From: Folioceros fuciformis
Taxonomy: Eukaryota
Length of the DNA: 64,000 nt
Reading direction: 5' to 3'
Assembly (NCBI GenBank): GCA_049999805.1
Contig: JBNGIO010005225.1
Coordinates: 1 to 64,000 of the forward strand
Part shown: positions 34,373 to 47,082 of the stretch, in pieces
Numbering within the stretch: the stretch's first letter is position 1
How the letters are laid out: the number at the start of each line of letters is the position of its first letter
Program-made: the position numbers and the translations under genes
The notes under the pieces: model-generated
The model's database searches: none
Seen by the model: the letters and a program-made list of their open reading frames with translations, nothing else
What the model was told of the DNA's origin: nothing

Positions 34373-36217
34373 CATGCATCTGCACGCATATTCGGAATCG
34401 GAATGGATCGTTCAAGGCAAGAAGCACTTCAATCTTGGAGCAACGCTCAGGGAGATCAAGGCAATGGCAGAAGGTTGCTTAGCCTCCCGCCCCTCCCTAT
34501 ACACCAGATACCGAGACGTATGCTTCTTCTTCCGCCATCGCCTTCGAGCATTAGTCTACAAGTACGAACATAACCGCTGCTAAGCCCGTCCATAGAATGT
34601 GCCCCAGCGCGGACTCACGTTAGCCGCGTCTACGATGTACTCAATCACTCCTGCGTGTATCGCAGCTACCCAACACATCCTCCAATGGCCGCTACTTTCT
34701 CCATTTTCTCGCTCGCTCTGTTCCACCTCCGCGTCTCCTCTCCTCTCCTCTCCTCGCTTTCCTTTCCTGCACTTGCGTTGCGACCTCCGACTCCTCCACT
34801 CCCTGGATCCGTGGATTCCTCCCATCGGCTGGCCGTCTTTGTGAGGGGATCCAAAACCTAGGCCATGTATCCAGTCCCAGCCGCTCACCGGCCCCACTGC
34901 CTCACGCTTTCCTTACGATGTAGCTTAAAGTAAGGCACTCCATCCATCCCTTTCGCTATTGAAGGCCGTACCATCTTGCAGCGAGCTTACGAGGTGAGTG
35001 CAGGGCGCCAAAATTTCTCCTCTCCCTTGCAGTGTACGTTGCTAGCGTTCCTGAAGCTCGTGCACAGTCTTTGCAACTCCGCTGCATGGCTCGGTGCTAA
35101 CGCTCTGATCTACTTCCCTCTTGTGCAGTGTTCTAGAGTTCTAGACGGATGTGCATCCGTCAAGCCGTTCTTTGTGCACGCTTCACAGTCCTCGGTTCAC
35201 GATTTGTGCAGGCAGCTGGTTGAGCGATTGGTGAGGGCTGGCAATGGCAAGGCTGACGACCGGGTTACTGGCCTGGTTGTGGAATACAAGAAGCCTGTCT
35301 TCCCTCTCTCATAATCTCACAGCACAAGCACAAGGTGACAGGCAGACGTAGCGCAGGCCAGCTACCCACCAAAGCTTTCCCTCCTCTTTTCTCTCTCCCC
35401 TCCACTCTACACCACTCCACTGCACTCCACTCCGCTGCTCTCCTCCCTTGGCCTGCAGCGGCCTCTCCTCTCCTCCCCTCCCATCCTCTTGCACTCCTGC
35501 ATCTCTCTGCTCTCCTGCCGCCTCGCCTCTTTTCTTTCTTCCCTGGGACCACGCGCTGTCGGCGCTCGGACCAGGCACTCCGTCTTGATCTCCGAGCGCT
35601 GCCCCTTCCGCTTCCCCGGCCCTTCGCCGCGCGCTCTGCGCCGCCAATTGCTTCTGCCGCCGCCGCCGCTTCCCACATCTCTTCCTTGTCTCTTGGCCTT
35701 CCCTGCGCCTCTCTTGGTCCTCTGCAAGCTCTCTCTCACAGCTGCAGCGCCCGGGGCCCGCGATTTCCTGCGGATCTGTTAGGGCGGGCTGTGAGGAGCC
35801 GGAGCCGGGTGCAGCTTCGCCCGCCCAGCACCGACCTGCGGGATGCCCCGTCTTTGATGCTGCACGGCCATGTCTTGCCTTCGGCCCGCCGGGAAGCTGC
35901 AATTTCGGGCTCGGATGTCCGCTGGGAGATTCGGGGAATTGCCAGGACGGTGGCCTTCCCGAAGTGGCATATATGTCGTTCTGGGAATGCTTAGCGTAGC
36001 AGAAGGGGTGTGACGGACATGCCATGATCCAGGGCGTGGGGTGCGGTTGTGGCTGCGGACTATGGCTCGCGGAGCTGGTGGCGGGAGTTTCATGAGGACG
36101 GAGCATCGGGGCCGTGCATGGTGTGTGTTGCCGGGCACGTGAGTGTCAGTCGTGCGGAACCAATCGTGCAGTGCAGGAAGGCTGAGAGCAGGGTTATCTG
36201 AGATAGATTCTGGCAGG

Positions 36218-39200
36218 ATGCCTCCCAAGCCAATGGCTACGCGCGGCGGGGGAAAAGGTAAACAAGAAGGCTTGGACAGCGACCCTGCCCATCAGCAACC
36301 AGGCTCTCTTATGCACTCCCTCTATGTCGTGTTCGCCGAATCTGGAAAGACTCCCCTGTCCGGGAGGGAGGCTCTCTCACGAATTTTCGAGAAGCGGTTG
36401 ATGCTGCCGTCCAACGGGGGAAAGATGCAGGAGAGGGCCAGGAAGGCTCACAGGAATCTGGAATTGGAGAATGAGGCTATCAAGCGTCTGAGGAAGAGTT
36501 CTTACTTCTTTGAACTCACCCGGGGGACCTTCATGCTATGTAGTGCGCTAGAGGATGCTCCAGATGATGGGGATAACAGGAAGAAGACCACTGTGCCTCA
36601 AGAAGTGATCGACGAACAGAAGTCCTCCTTCCCTTCCAGAGAAGCAGGTACGTGCTTCTCGTTGGAGATCGATACGCGTCTATCGTGGCGCATGTTTCTT
36701 GCACGGGGTGTACTTGCAGTGCAGGCAGGGCAAAGATTATCAGTCCGCTTTTTTGTGGCCATGTATCTAGAGGACGAATCCGTTGCCTGTGTGGTGTACG
36801 TACATGGGATTGGAATGCCTGATGTTGTTTCTGATGTAGCCCTAACAGCAGTGCAACTGTTGTTAAGAATGCCTTTTCCGGATACTGATTGCCTCCGTCC
36901 GATAGGTACATGTGTACCTGCTTTGCATTTCCGACTCGGATGTTGCTGATTAACGTTGTCGGGTGCTGCAGGGAGATCCCGCAAAAGGAAGTCAGATTCC
37001 TCCCCTGAGCTGGATGAATCAACTCGGACTGTGGAGGGGAGACGATCATCTTATGAACCGGAGAAGAGGCCACGACCCACGGTGGACGATGACAGTGACT
37101 GTGATTTCGAGACCATGGTGTTGAAACAGGTGCCCGAATATCTCCCGACTCCAGTCGCACTTGATCCAAGACTTCCGATTCCGAACGACAGCATTCAAGA
37201 AGAGTCCAGGAAGGCTGTCGCAGAGCCGCCCGCTACCCTTCCAGTTTCAACTGTACCTGATGGCATCCCGGAGACTTCAATGGCGGATGAACAACGTCGA
37301 TCGGGTGATGCTAAAGCTTCTGCGGACGTCCTAGGTGAGCTTTGTACTGTACCAGCTCTTTTGTAAAGATAGAACGAACCGCTTGAATGTTGTTCACTGG
37401 CCTTTGCGAATAGTGCTAATCTCAAAGCATACCCGATTCTGACCTCGTTCGATTATTGGGAGTGTTCGATGCCTGGCTATGGCTGGTTTGAAGTGTGCGA
37501 TGACATTTATCTCCCCATTTCGCAATGTATGAGTAGTGTCACCTAGGCATGGAGGGTTTATGCCTAGAGAGTAGTCCCTACTAGGTATGGCCCCAGCAGC
37601 GTTGAGCTGAAGGAAGTTCGGGTTGAGGGCCCTGTATTGACACCTCACGTCCTCTGCCTGCAGCAGCTCAGGAGAAGCAGCTTACAAACCTGCCACTGTG
37701 CAACGTGGTCAAGCCATTTACAAACAGACGGAGGCCTGGTCATCCAAATTGGCAGGCTGCACTTTCAGTGCGACAGGCAGCCTTTACCAAACGTCATGCT
37801 GTCTACACTAACAGACATGCTGTAAGAGCAGCTGACAGGCAGAAGGAAGGTTCTCTGGATGCTCAGCAAGGTGCAGGCACTTCCTCTGAGGGTAGGAACA
37901 GCCATCGCCGTCTAGCTGCGAAGCTAGCGAGCCTTCGTCTTGCACAGAGTCTGAAGCCCAGTGAACTGGCCAGGATTGTACACCAGAGAGATGGTGAACT
38001 GCCTACCCGGGGTGCCAATCATAGTCTACTCCGACTGTGCACCTCGCGTGAAGGACAAACTGTGCAGCAGTGGACTCCGACAAGCACACCATGGAAAGAC
38101 CGGAGGTGCAGTCGCAAGGTTAAGGAATCATGGCAGTGTGACAGAGAGGCTGCTAAGGATCATAAGCTGTGTGAGCATCATTTATATGTTAATTATTATA
38201 GGAAGAAATTCGCCGGCTTCAAGCGAGGGAAGGCTGCTCGCAGTGAGGACAAGCTTGAGTGCAAACCCTTGGACGATGAAGTGTCGGGGAAGTGTGATTC
38301 TACAAACAAGGTCGATGGCTCTGCTAGTCCACAGAGAGTGCTTCCCTGTTTTGGTCAGCCGAAGTGGCCATCGGAACAACTTTCGGCATGCACCGGTAAG
38401 GAGACTGATAGGGGCCTGTCAGCTGGGAAGCAGATTCTTGTTTTGCCGGGAAGCAGCTTACCGAAGAACCTGTCGGATAGTAGCAGTGATGGGGAGAAGC
38501 TATCAGGGAAACACAGCGCAGCTTTGCAAAGGATCAGCATGGGCCTTAAACCTCCAAAAGATCCTTCAAGTAGGAAGCCTCGACCGTCCCCCTTTCAAAG
38601 AGGGAAACAGATCATGGTTCTAGCTGGAAGTGATGTTCAGAAGGATATCGAGAAGGAGCAAAGTACTCGTCAGGACTGTGGTAGGTTTCAGAGTGCCTTT
38701 GGTGGAATGCAGAACAAGGGCAAGTCTGTTCCGAGAATGGATATTCACAGAGTGATCAATGGCCTTGTTTCAACCCATGAGCCTATTCCTGGAAGTCTTA
38801 TCGAGAAGGTTTTGTTGCGGAAGCAGGCACAAATGCTGCCAAGCCATCTGAGCTCAGGAACGTCAGCCAGTCATCAGGGTAGCATAGCACATGGTGCAAG
38901 GGATGTGAAAGGATCTCCTTCGAGAACTCCGCAACAGCCGCATCAAGATACGACTACGAAATCCTTGTATTCTTTTCTGCTAAAGTACCGGTTGGTCAAG
39001 CAGCAAATGAAGAAGGCTAAGGCAAGTGGAGCAGATGTTTCAGAGAGTGACTTCACACGGAATTTGCCTACTAACTTTCAGATTGGCATGAGGAGTGAGA
39101 TATCAAAAGTCACTGGGCTGCTTGATTCTGGACATTCCAGAGGGGCTCCTGCCAAGCTGGTGCAGGGCGTTAAGGTTGTAGAGGCTGTAAAGTGCAGAGC

Positions 39201-42200
39201 TGTATTGGCTGTAAGTAATGAAGCACAGCACAGTGTGAGGACGCATGAATACGAGGGCGCAGGTGTGCAGCTTGTGGATAGTTCGGTGGATGAGAAGGGA
39301 CTGTCCAACAACAGCAAAGAGTTGCCCCTCACACCCGAAGAAGTTCGAAAGCAATCTGGCAGGAAGCGGTTACATAATGGATTGCATAAACTTCCAGGGT
39401 TTCAGGGTATGTCAAGAGTTTCTGCTTCCTCAGAAGGTAACTTTTCACCATCCTGTTGCCGTAAATTTCTCCTTCTTAAGGCGTCTTCAGATAAGCTGTG
39501 TTTGTTTATGTCCTACTCTAAGTCCTTCGTGTTACAGCCACACAGTAGGTTCTCCGTCACCTATCGAACAAAGAACATAATGACAATATGCCGTGCAAGT
39601 GGCATGAGTCTGTCCCTTGCTGATTGTGGGAAATAAGTAGATGTGAAAGTGAGCTTACGTTCTGCTATCTTGATCGTAGGTGTGGAATGAATGACCCCTA
39701 GGACAGTTACGTGCCTGCATGGTACCAACGCCCCAAAGGCTTCCAATTTGAACCTGCTGTTGTAGAGCTAGAACTCAAGGTATTGTCAGGGATGGATCAG
39801 AGAGAATCTTGGAATGCTTGCCAAGGCCCTTGATTTAATCCCTAGCTAACCTGAGGTAATTCTGGCAGCCAGATACCCTCCTGCTGCAGATCCCGCGGAT
39901 GAATACTGTATGTGGTCGAAGATATGCCAAGTCTGCTGATTTTGCTACTTACTATCTATGGCTGGCATTCTTTTGCAGAAATGCCAATGAGCAGTGATTC
40001 TGATGGCTCAGGCTTCCGAAATGTGAGAAAATCTAAGAATGCACGAAAGTCATTCATCCCAAGAAGTTTGGATGAGCAGGCCCTTAACAGAGAAGGGCGC
40101 AGCGCTGGAAATCAAAGTCTCCCTTTCCCTAAAGGGTTGATGGACTATTTAAAATTGAAGAAGGGGCATGGTGGCTCTCTAGCATGTGCTGTCCCGAAGT
40201 TCCCAGTTGATGGTGATAGGAAAGTGAAAACTCGGCTGAAGAATGCAGGGTTTGTGATTGCTCAGTGTTCAAAAGCATTTGATGCACAACGGGCCATTGG
40301 AGGAGGCTCAGGGCGAGCCCATCCTGTTGAAATCCCAAGAAGTTCGGAAGCAAAGTGTTTGCAGGATAATACACCTGCAATTAATGAGGTGTCAACCAAG
40401 CAGCGAAAGAAGACTTTGCAGATAACAAAGATGGTTGACAAGGAGCAGTTAGCGGTTGTTACTTCTGCGGCAGAACCTGAGCCTGTATCCGTGCTTGGTT
40501 TGAAATCAGACTTTGTGGATCTGAACAAGGTATCTGACATCGAGGTTGCAGCCATGAATGTGGAACGAGGAGGATCCCAGCCATCTTGCATCACGCCAGA
40601 TGAAACACGAGTATCTAACAAGGGTGTAAAAGAGGAGGCTTACCCTTCCAACCTTTTGAGTGATACTACTGAATTGATGGATTCAGTGGTTGGAGAGAAG
40701 CCTGCGACGGCTCAACTTGGGTCACTTCCTGCTCTAGAGTTTCAGCCAGCGGTACAATCAAAGTTGGATGATTTGAGTGTGAAGACGGCTGTGAATGATG
40801 CTCAGGGAGAAGAATTGGCATCAAGCAATGCATCAGCCGTCACAGAAGACAATGATTTGACACCAGAACCCAGTTGTGACAGACAGGAAGGAGCAGTTGT
40901 GGGCTCTCTCACTGCAGATGGAAGGCGTGGAGAAACGTTGCCCAACCTGAACGAGGATAAGCCAACCAGTGGACGAACACGAGACGTTTGGTTCTTTAGA
41001 GGCAAGCACCCTCGTGAAGTGGAGGAATTCTGTGCAAGAAATACAGTAAATGACAACCTTAAATCTCGTGAGAATGGGGCTGTAGTGGATGTCATGCAAG
41101 CACCAGTTGCGAGATGCTCTGAACATGGGCATGCACCTTCGCATACCTGTGAAAAATCACTTTGGGACTTGGGAGAGGAGTCCGGAAACGGTCAAGAACA
41201 GGTTAGCTCTTCTCCGGTGGGCTCTCCTTTGGCACGGGATGGATTTTCGCAAGGGAAACGCTTGACACCCGTAGATCTGCGACGTTCATGGTTTCCAGAG
41301 CGGCAGGAAGAGCTCAGTTTGTCTGGAGAGGCTCCAGGGCAGTATCCTATGAATGTGAGTAACATTCAAGCTGCTTTCAACAAGGGATTGCAGCCCCATC
41401 CACCGTCGGCAGTGATCGCGACAGCCCAGAAGTTGAATGGTCAAGGGGTGGAATCTGGTTGTCTTTTAAACAAGATGCTCCCCGGCAAGCATATGCTTCA
41501 CGCGCAAGCAACCAGTATTCAGGCAAACAGTTCTTTGCTGAGAGATTATGCACGAGCACAGGTGTTTTCTGACCTGCCATATAGCATAGAAGCAGGTTAT
41601 TTGAAAAGTGGGATAAACTTGTCGCCTCTGAAGTCCATAGCTGCGATTGATAGGCAGGGTACCGCTGCCAGCGCCTCACCGGGATTGGACATCGCCAGTC
41701 GTCTCCAGACTACGTGCAGAAGACCGGCGGAAAAAGATTTAACTTGCAGTTTGGTCTCTCCACCTGTCGTTGCGAATGGCCCCGGGGCATTCACCAGGGG
41801 CAGTGGGTCTCTTTCCCTCTCTGGGCACCCTGAACTTGATTCTCGTGGATTACCAAATATTCGAAGTTTAGCAGGCTATGCGTATGAAGGGGGTCTGTCC
41901 ATGAACGATCAGCGTTCCGTTGCCTGGAGAAATTCTGAAGAAGAAGCAGGGTGTTGTGGGAATCCGAACAGCCACGGCCTGGCAGTGAGTGTCGCAGGAT
42001 TTCCACAGGACGCTGGCCACAAGTTCTATGACTTCGGTCTAGGTAGAAAGGAGTCGGACAAGCACTCTGGACTGAAGGTGGGGATTTTGCAGGCGAAGGA
42101 AGTAGTTGTGCTAGACGACGATCCTCCGGATCTTAACCAATTGGCCCTGCAGCATAGTCAGCAGAATGGATGGCAGTGGCCCTATGCTTCTGTTTCATGG

Positions 42201-42524
42201 TCCGGCGAGACGAGCTCTCCCAATTCGAAGACCGCTGCTGCTGTGAAAGAAAGCTTGGCTCCTCCCATGCGCAAGGATGGGTCGTCTCTTCTGGCCAGAA
42301 TAAGCTTGCAAGCAATCAGCGATCCCACTGGTGGGCGAAAAATAAGTTTCGTGCCCAGTAGCCTGGCCTACAAGACTTCAAGACCGAGAGTAGATAGGAT
42401 CACTGTTGCGGAGGAGGGTGACGATGACGACGGGGAGGCAGATCTGGGCTTACGGCTTTCAGGTGGCTCATGTGCAGCTCGCCCAAAGACCACGCGTTGC
42501 TGCAATTCTGCTGCAGCAATATAG
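36218..42524 (+). CDS. Large (about 1700 aa) putative nuclear regulator: N-terminal HARE-HTH-like domain, WRC zinc finger, C-terminal EAR-like motif; 4 exons
   Basis: Exons 36218-36647, 36972-37334, 37664-39436 and 39979-42524 join through phase-1 GT-AG introns into 1704 codons. Contains C-x9-C-x10-C-x2-H (RCSRKVKESWQCDREAAKDHKLCEHH), an RKRK NLS-like motif and DLGLRL. Confidence 0.75.
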
Positions 42525-43110
42525 AGATCTAGGCACGGAAACTCTTGGAGGGCTGCTGCTACATAGAAGCGTTGAGCTCCATACTGCTGCCTTTCTCTCT
42601 TTTCATTCTTACATCGGTAGTTTGAATTCCATTGAACTGGTGGAGTCCACGGCGGCGGATCTGTTGCTGACGTGTACCTGATGAGTAGGGTTTAGGATTA
42701 TATGCGCGGTCTGAGGTTTGGCCATTTGGACCTATTTTTTGCATCAGGATCTGCGTAGTTAGCTGAACTCCTGATGCGCGTCGCAGCTTACCAGCGTGTA
42801 CAATATGTATAACTAAAGTTGCTGGCTGGGCTTTGTCGTTAGGGGAGATGAAAAGGCGAGGCTGGGCTGGGCTGGGCTGTGCTGAACGTGTGGTTCCTTT
42901 GATACGGCTGGGGGCCCCGCCATTCTGCCGTGGCCGATGTTGTTGTACGCCACAGCCTTTTTATCCCGACGTCCAAGCTCGAGCACGCGCTCCAACGCAA
43001 ACCTCACAATCTTGCTGCCTTTGGGGCTGCAACGATCGTTCCTGTGAATCCTTGGACCTTGAGGGTTGCTGGCTGCGCTGCCAGACTCAATCCGAAGAAA
43101 AGCAACAGCC

Positions 43111-43772
43111 ATGGCTGTAGCCACGGCCTCAAGGAGCCTCGTGCTGGCGAAGCTGGCTCCGCTCTCCTCCGACTCCGGAATGCCTGCACTGCACGCTGGC
43201 AGGATCAAGGTGGCGGATGCTGGCACGTCGTCATCGCAGAGGCAGCTGGTGGTGAGGTGCTCCAAGGCGGACGGCCCAGGCCTGCGCAGGCCTTCAGCTC
43301 CCTCCTTATCTCCGCCTCCGTCGCCGACGGCCCCTGTCCCGCCTTCCAGCTCTGCCGCCCCGGCACCTACCCCGGCCCCTGCGCCGACTCCTTCCGTCTC
43401 TGTTGCGCCGCCAACCCCGGCAGCCTCCACCTCCGGCGTCACCGTCGAGTTCCAGAGACAAAAGGCCAAGGAGTTACAAGAGTTCTTCTTGGACAGGAAA
43501 TATGAGCAGCAGGCGGAGCAGGGACGAATCTTCGGATGGACCAGAACTAATGAGATTAGGAATGGCAGGTAGGAGGAACGCAGCGGGCTGCATGTGATGT
43601 TACATGCCCCTTTCGTCTTAGCTTCCTGACTCACCCTCGGCGTTGTGGCCATTGCAGGTGGACAATGTTCGGGATTGCAGTCGGCCTTTTGACAGAATAT
43701 GCAACTGGAGCCAGCTTTGTCGACCAGCTTAAGATTATAGTCTCCAATTTGGGAATCTTAGATCTGGATTGA
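43111..43772 (+). CDS. OHP2: One-helix protein 2 (LHC-like family), 2 exons
   Basis: Transit peptide, Pro-rich linker, GVTVEFQRQKAKELQEFF..FGWTRTNEIRNGR|WTMFGIAVGLLTEYATG..DQLKIIVSNLGILDLD*; intron 43569-43658. Confidence 0.93.
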
Positions 43773-44092
43773 TGGACGACAGGATTGCCCTCGCATTTCC
43801 ATCTAGGGCGACGCTTCTTCAGCTCGCAACGACGGCTGCGTAAGCTACTTCCTCATGGGGTGGGAAGACAACCCTGCTCTGCTTGTTGCAGGTGACCTGG
43901 ATGTGTTGAAAACACTTTGATGCCCTGTTACGCACCTGGAAGCGGAGGCCAGCCCATTTCGCCAGAGTTACAGGGCTCTAGTGCTTGTTACGCCGGCACG
44001 CCAGAATGTTGCCCGTTGTGTATTCTTTCATTTTCTGTTTGAAAAACGCAATCAACGTATCCTTTCATGGATCTCTCTGGTTTCCTTTCCAA

Positions 44093-46834
44093 TTAATCGA
44101 TAAAATTTGACATATGGACAACTAGTGTTCGTAAGGACTCCGCAGATGCAACACCTAGAAACGTATGGTCGATTTCTTTGTCTTCGCATGACCTAGTCAT
44201 CAGCTCCCAGTTCACACAATGCTGACGATGGTCAAGCGTCGCCAGTATCGCAACATAACTGCTAAATTTCGGTACACAAAACCTGATCCCCAGATTATTC
44301 CTTTCCACGTCTAGCCCCATCCCGGATGCTTCTTCCTGAAGCCACTGCACAATCTGAGACGCAACCTGCAGGGGTATCCAGCTGACGATCATTGACCACA
44401 CATACGTTGGAAACGTTGACTCCAATTGCACAGGTAGAAAGTAACCACTGACCTGGAACAACAAAAACGACGGCAGCTCCATCACGCTGCAGCTGTGCTT
44501 GCTTGTTGATAAGCCTTCTCCAGACAACTCGTCAAATCCCTCGATTGTAAGGGCCTCGTCTCTCAGAACAACAGTACACTCGAATATGCTCCGTCCAGAC
44601 TCATCCAGTGCTTTATAAGAGGTTGAGGCGAAGGTGCATAAAGAAAGATCCCATGCAGACACTCTGGGATGCCATGTCGGATGGGTAAGCATCTGCATAT
44701 GAGGGACTCCGTGCACCTGCAGAGGAAGAAGAGTGTGAAACTTCAGACACTAAAAATGCAACACGAAACACTAGAATGCATGACTGAACTCTTCACACAC
44801 CTGCTTCTCCAGCAGTGACAACACCTGGAGGGCACACACCCTGTGGCGCATAGCAGCAGCCACTTTTCTCAACACATTTGGCTCGGGACCAGCGTCCTTT
44901 GCTGCAGTTGTTGAAATCTGCTCCCTAATCTTCCCACTAGCGTCATGAGTCCTGGTCCCCACTCCAGCAGGCGACGACTCGAGTCGTTTTCCCAAATAAT
45001 TTTCATGATATACCTGCTTCAGACAAATCTCAAACGCTGTCTCACTAACCCTATCACGATTATACGTTTCGACAGGGAGTTGTCGATCTGCATGAACTAT
45101 CCCCTTCCCAGAATCATGGTCAGCAGCTTCCTGTTCATTACTCCTTCCATGCTTTTCAGAAAGCTCAAGATCTAGAGTTGCGGCAAGCCCAAGGCGAAAC
45201 CGCCAGCTCGTATCACTCATGCCCACAATGTCAATGGTTGGCGATGCAGAGAGAGCTTCCCTGCCTACACAGTCAAAGACCTGCAAGTTTTCAACTTGCA
45301 AGTTAGTGCATGTATTTCTGTCTAATTTGGAACAAGTACTGACAAAGAATGTTTCGTACGCCTACACCTCGGCTTCTCAACGTCGTAACCGTTAGCATGC
45401 ACCAGCCAAGACAAGGGAAGGCAGTCAAGATGACGAGTCTCATTACTTGTTCATCAAAAACTGCTGCCTGAATGCGGCGGAGTACTGAATGTGCCCCCTT
45501 TGCCCCCATGTCCACACCTGCAACTACTCCTCTGTCACCTTCAAGTTCTACTTCAGGTGCCAAGTGGTCATCCTCAACCGTGTCATCCGAGCATCCGGTG
45601 ACTCTGAAGTTATCACTTTGCACATTTCCAATTGTGGCCTTTCGAAGGTGTAGAGAAAGTGAGTTGATTGGCTGTCCCGGTGGAGGTCGAGCCACCAGCA
45701 TGCCAGTTGAGTCTTGATCAAGTGGCCTTGTGTACAAAGCCAATGCCCTTTGAGGAATAACAGTGGAACCATCTAAGGCAGGAGGAAATGACAAGTCAAT
45801 CGAAAATCCTGCACTTCCACCTGGCCCAGCAGAGACACCGCGCTGCCTTTTCACTTTCCAATTACGCTGTAGTCTAGGCCGATACAGAAACCATGAAATC
45901 ATCAACGAGAAGCCCACCCTTAGACAAGTTGAGGAATACATCACAGACACTATAAAGAACAACGACAACTCAAGTTCATACCTCATTAAAGCACCATAGA
46001 AGACCGCTTCCCTCTCAACTTGAAGCTCCAATGATTTGGCAGCTTTCTTCAGAGTCTTGGCCGCTTCCTAAACCAAGGTATCATTTCAGATCAAGGTCAT
46101 TGGAGCTTGAAAGTCCCACCGAGATGAAGAAGCCAAGATGCGGGGAAGGCCACCCCAGCAGAGAGTGCTGCAGTCTCCTCACCCGGTGAGAACTGACGAC
46201 AAGACGCTATACATGAAAAAAGAAGAGCCATCCAAAATAGGTCACGAAACATACCTCAAAGTGCTTACACTTCGATGCCGTACGCAGGCCCACTTCCCCT
46301 GCCGCCTCCCTGGGCAGAAGCTTTGGCCGGACAGTGCTCGACACAGTAACAGCCTGATTCTCCTCCACCTGACCGTCCCGATACCCGCAGATCATCACGC
46401 GTCATTTCATTCTCCAAATTGCCCAGAACAAAAATCAAAGACTCTGTACACCCACATATTTGATGAAGTCCAGCGTCACAGACAACTCCCCATGCGACTC
46501 GTGAAGGCACTCAGCAATCTCTTGGAACGCCCAACCCGGCACAGTCTGCGCCCCCGCATCCTTCTTGTCGTCCCCCTCCGACACGAGCTCTCGGAAATCA
46601 ATCCGCCCAAGCTGTCGCAGCAGCGTGTCGCTCGGCGTAGTTTCCCTGAAAAGCCACGAGTTCAAAACATAAGCCAACTCCACCCTCCACTCCCCACAGC
46701 AGCTGCAGGTGGAGACCCCCAAAGGCGACTACTCCGGCCACGTACGGAGGAAGACGCTCGGTCCCGGAATCATCCAATTCCCCAATTCGCTTCAAGGGCA
46801 GACTGTCCAGCGAGACTGGGTTGCCGGACCCCAT
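44093..46834 (-). CDS. MED17: Mediator of RNA polymerase II subunit 17, multi-exon
   Basis: SLDSLPLKRI..GTERLP, RIDF, LHESHGELSV, VEREAVFYGALMR|LQRNWKVKRQR, AHSVLRRIQAAVFDEQV and HPTW match plant MED17. Confidence 0.88.
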
Positions 46835-47082
46835 TGCAGCTCCTCTCCCACGCTCATCAACCTGCGGTCACTTGCCCAACCACCCCCGGGTCGGATCGAG
46901 GGGATGCCATCAGAGAAGGCAACTGCGAAACAGAAAGACACAGAGACAGAACCGTACAACAGATATAAAGGTGTTGCTATTTGGGAATATAGGTCTGCTG
47001 AGTACCAAGACATGTATCGAGGGCTGATTATGGTCCCATTGCGGTAGGCCGGGCTGGTGGATCATTTGGGGGCCACACGGTG

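Noticed and set aside
35566-35586. tcggaccaggc resembling the miR166 5' end
   Set aside because: The match stops after 11 nt and no complementary hairpin arm is evident.
42813-43652. Long antisense ORFs (e.g. 279 aa opposite OHP2, 276 aa opposite MED17, 315 aa opposite the PPR)
   Set aside because: Shadow ORFs of GC-rich coding sequence with no independent motifs.
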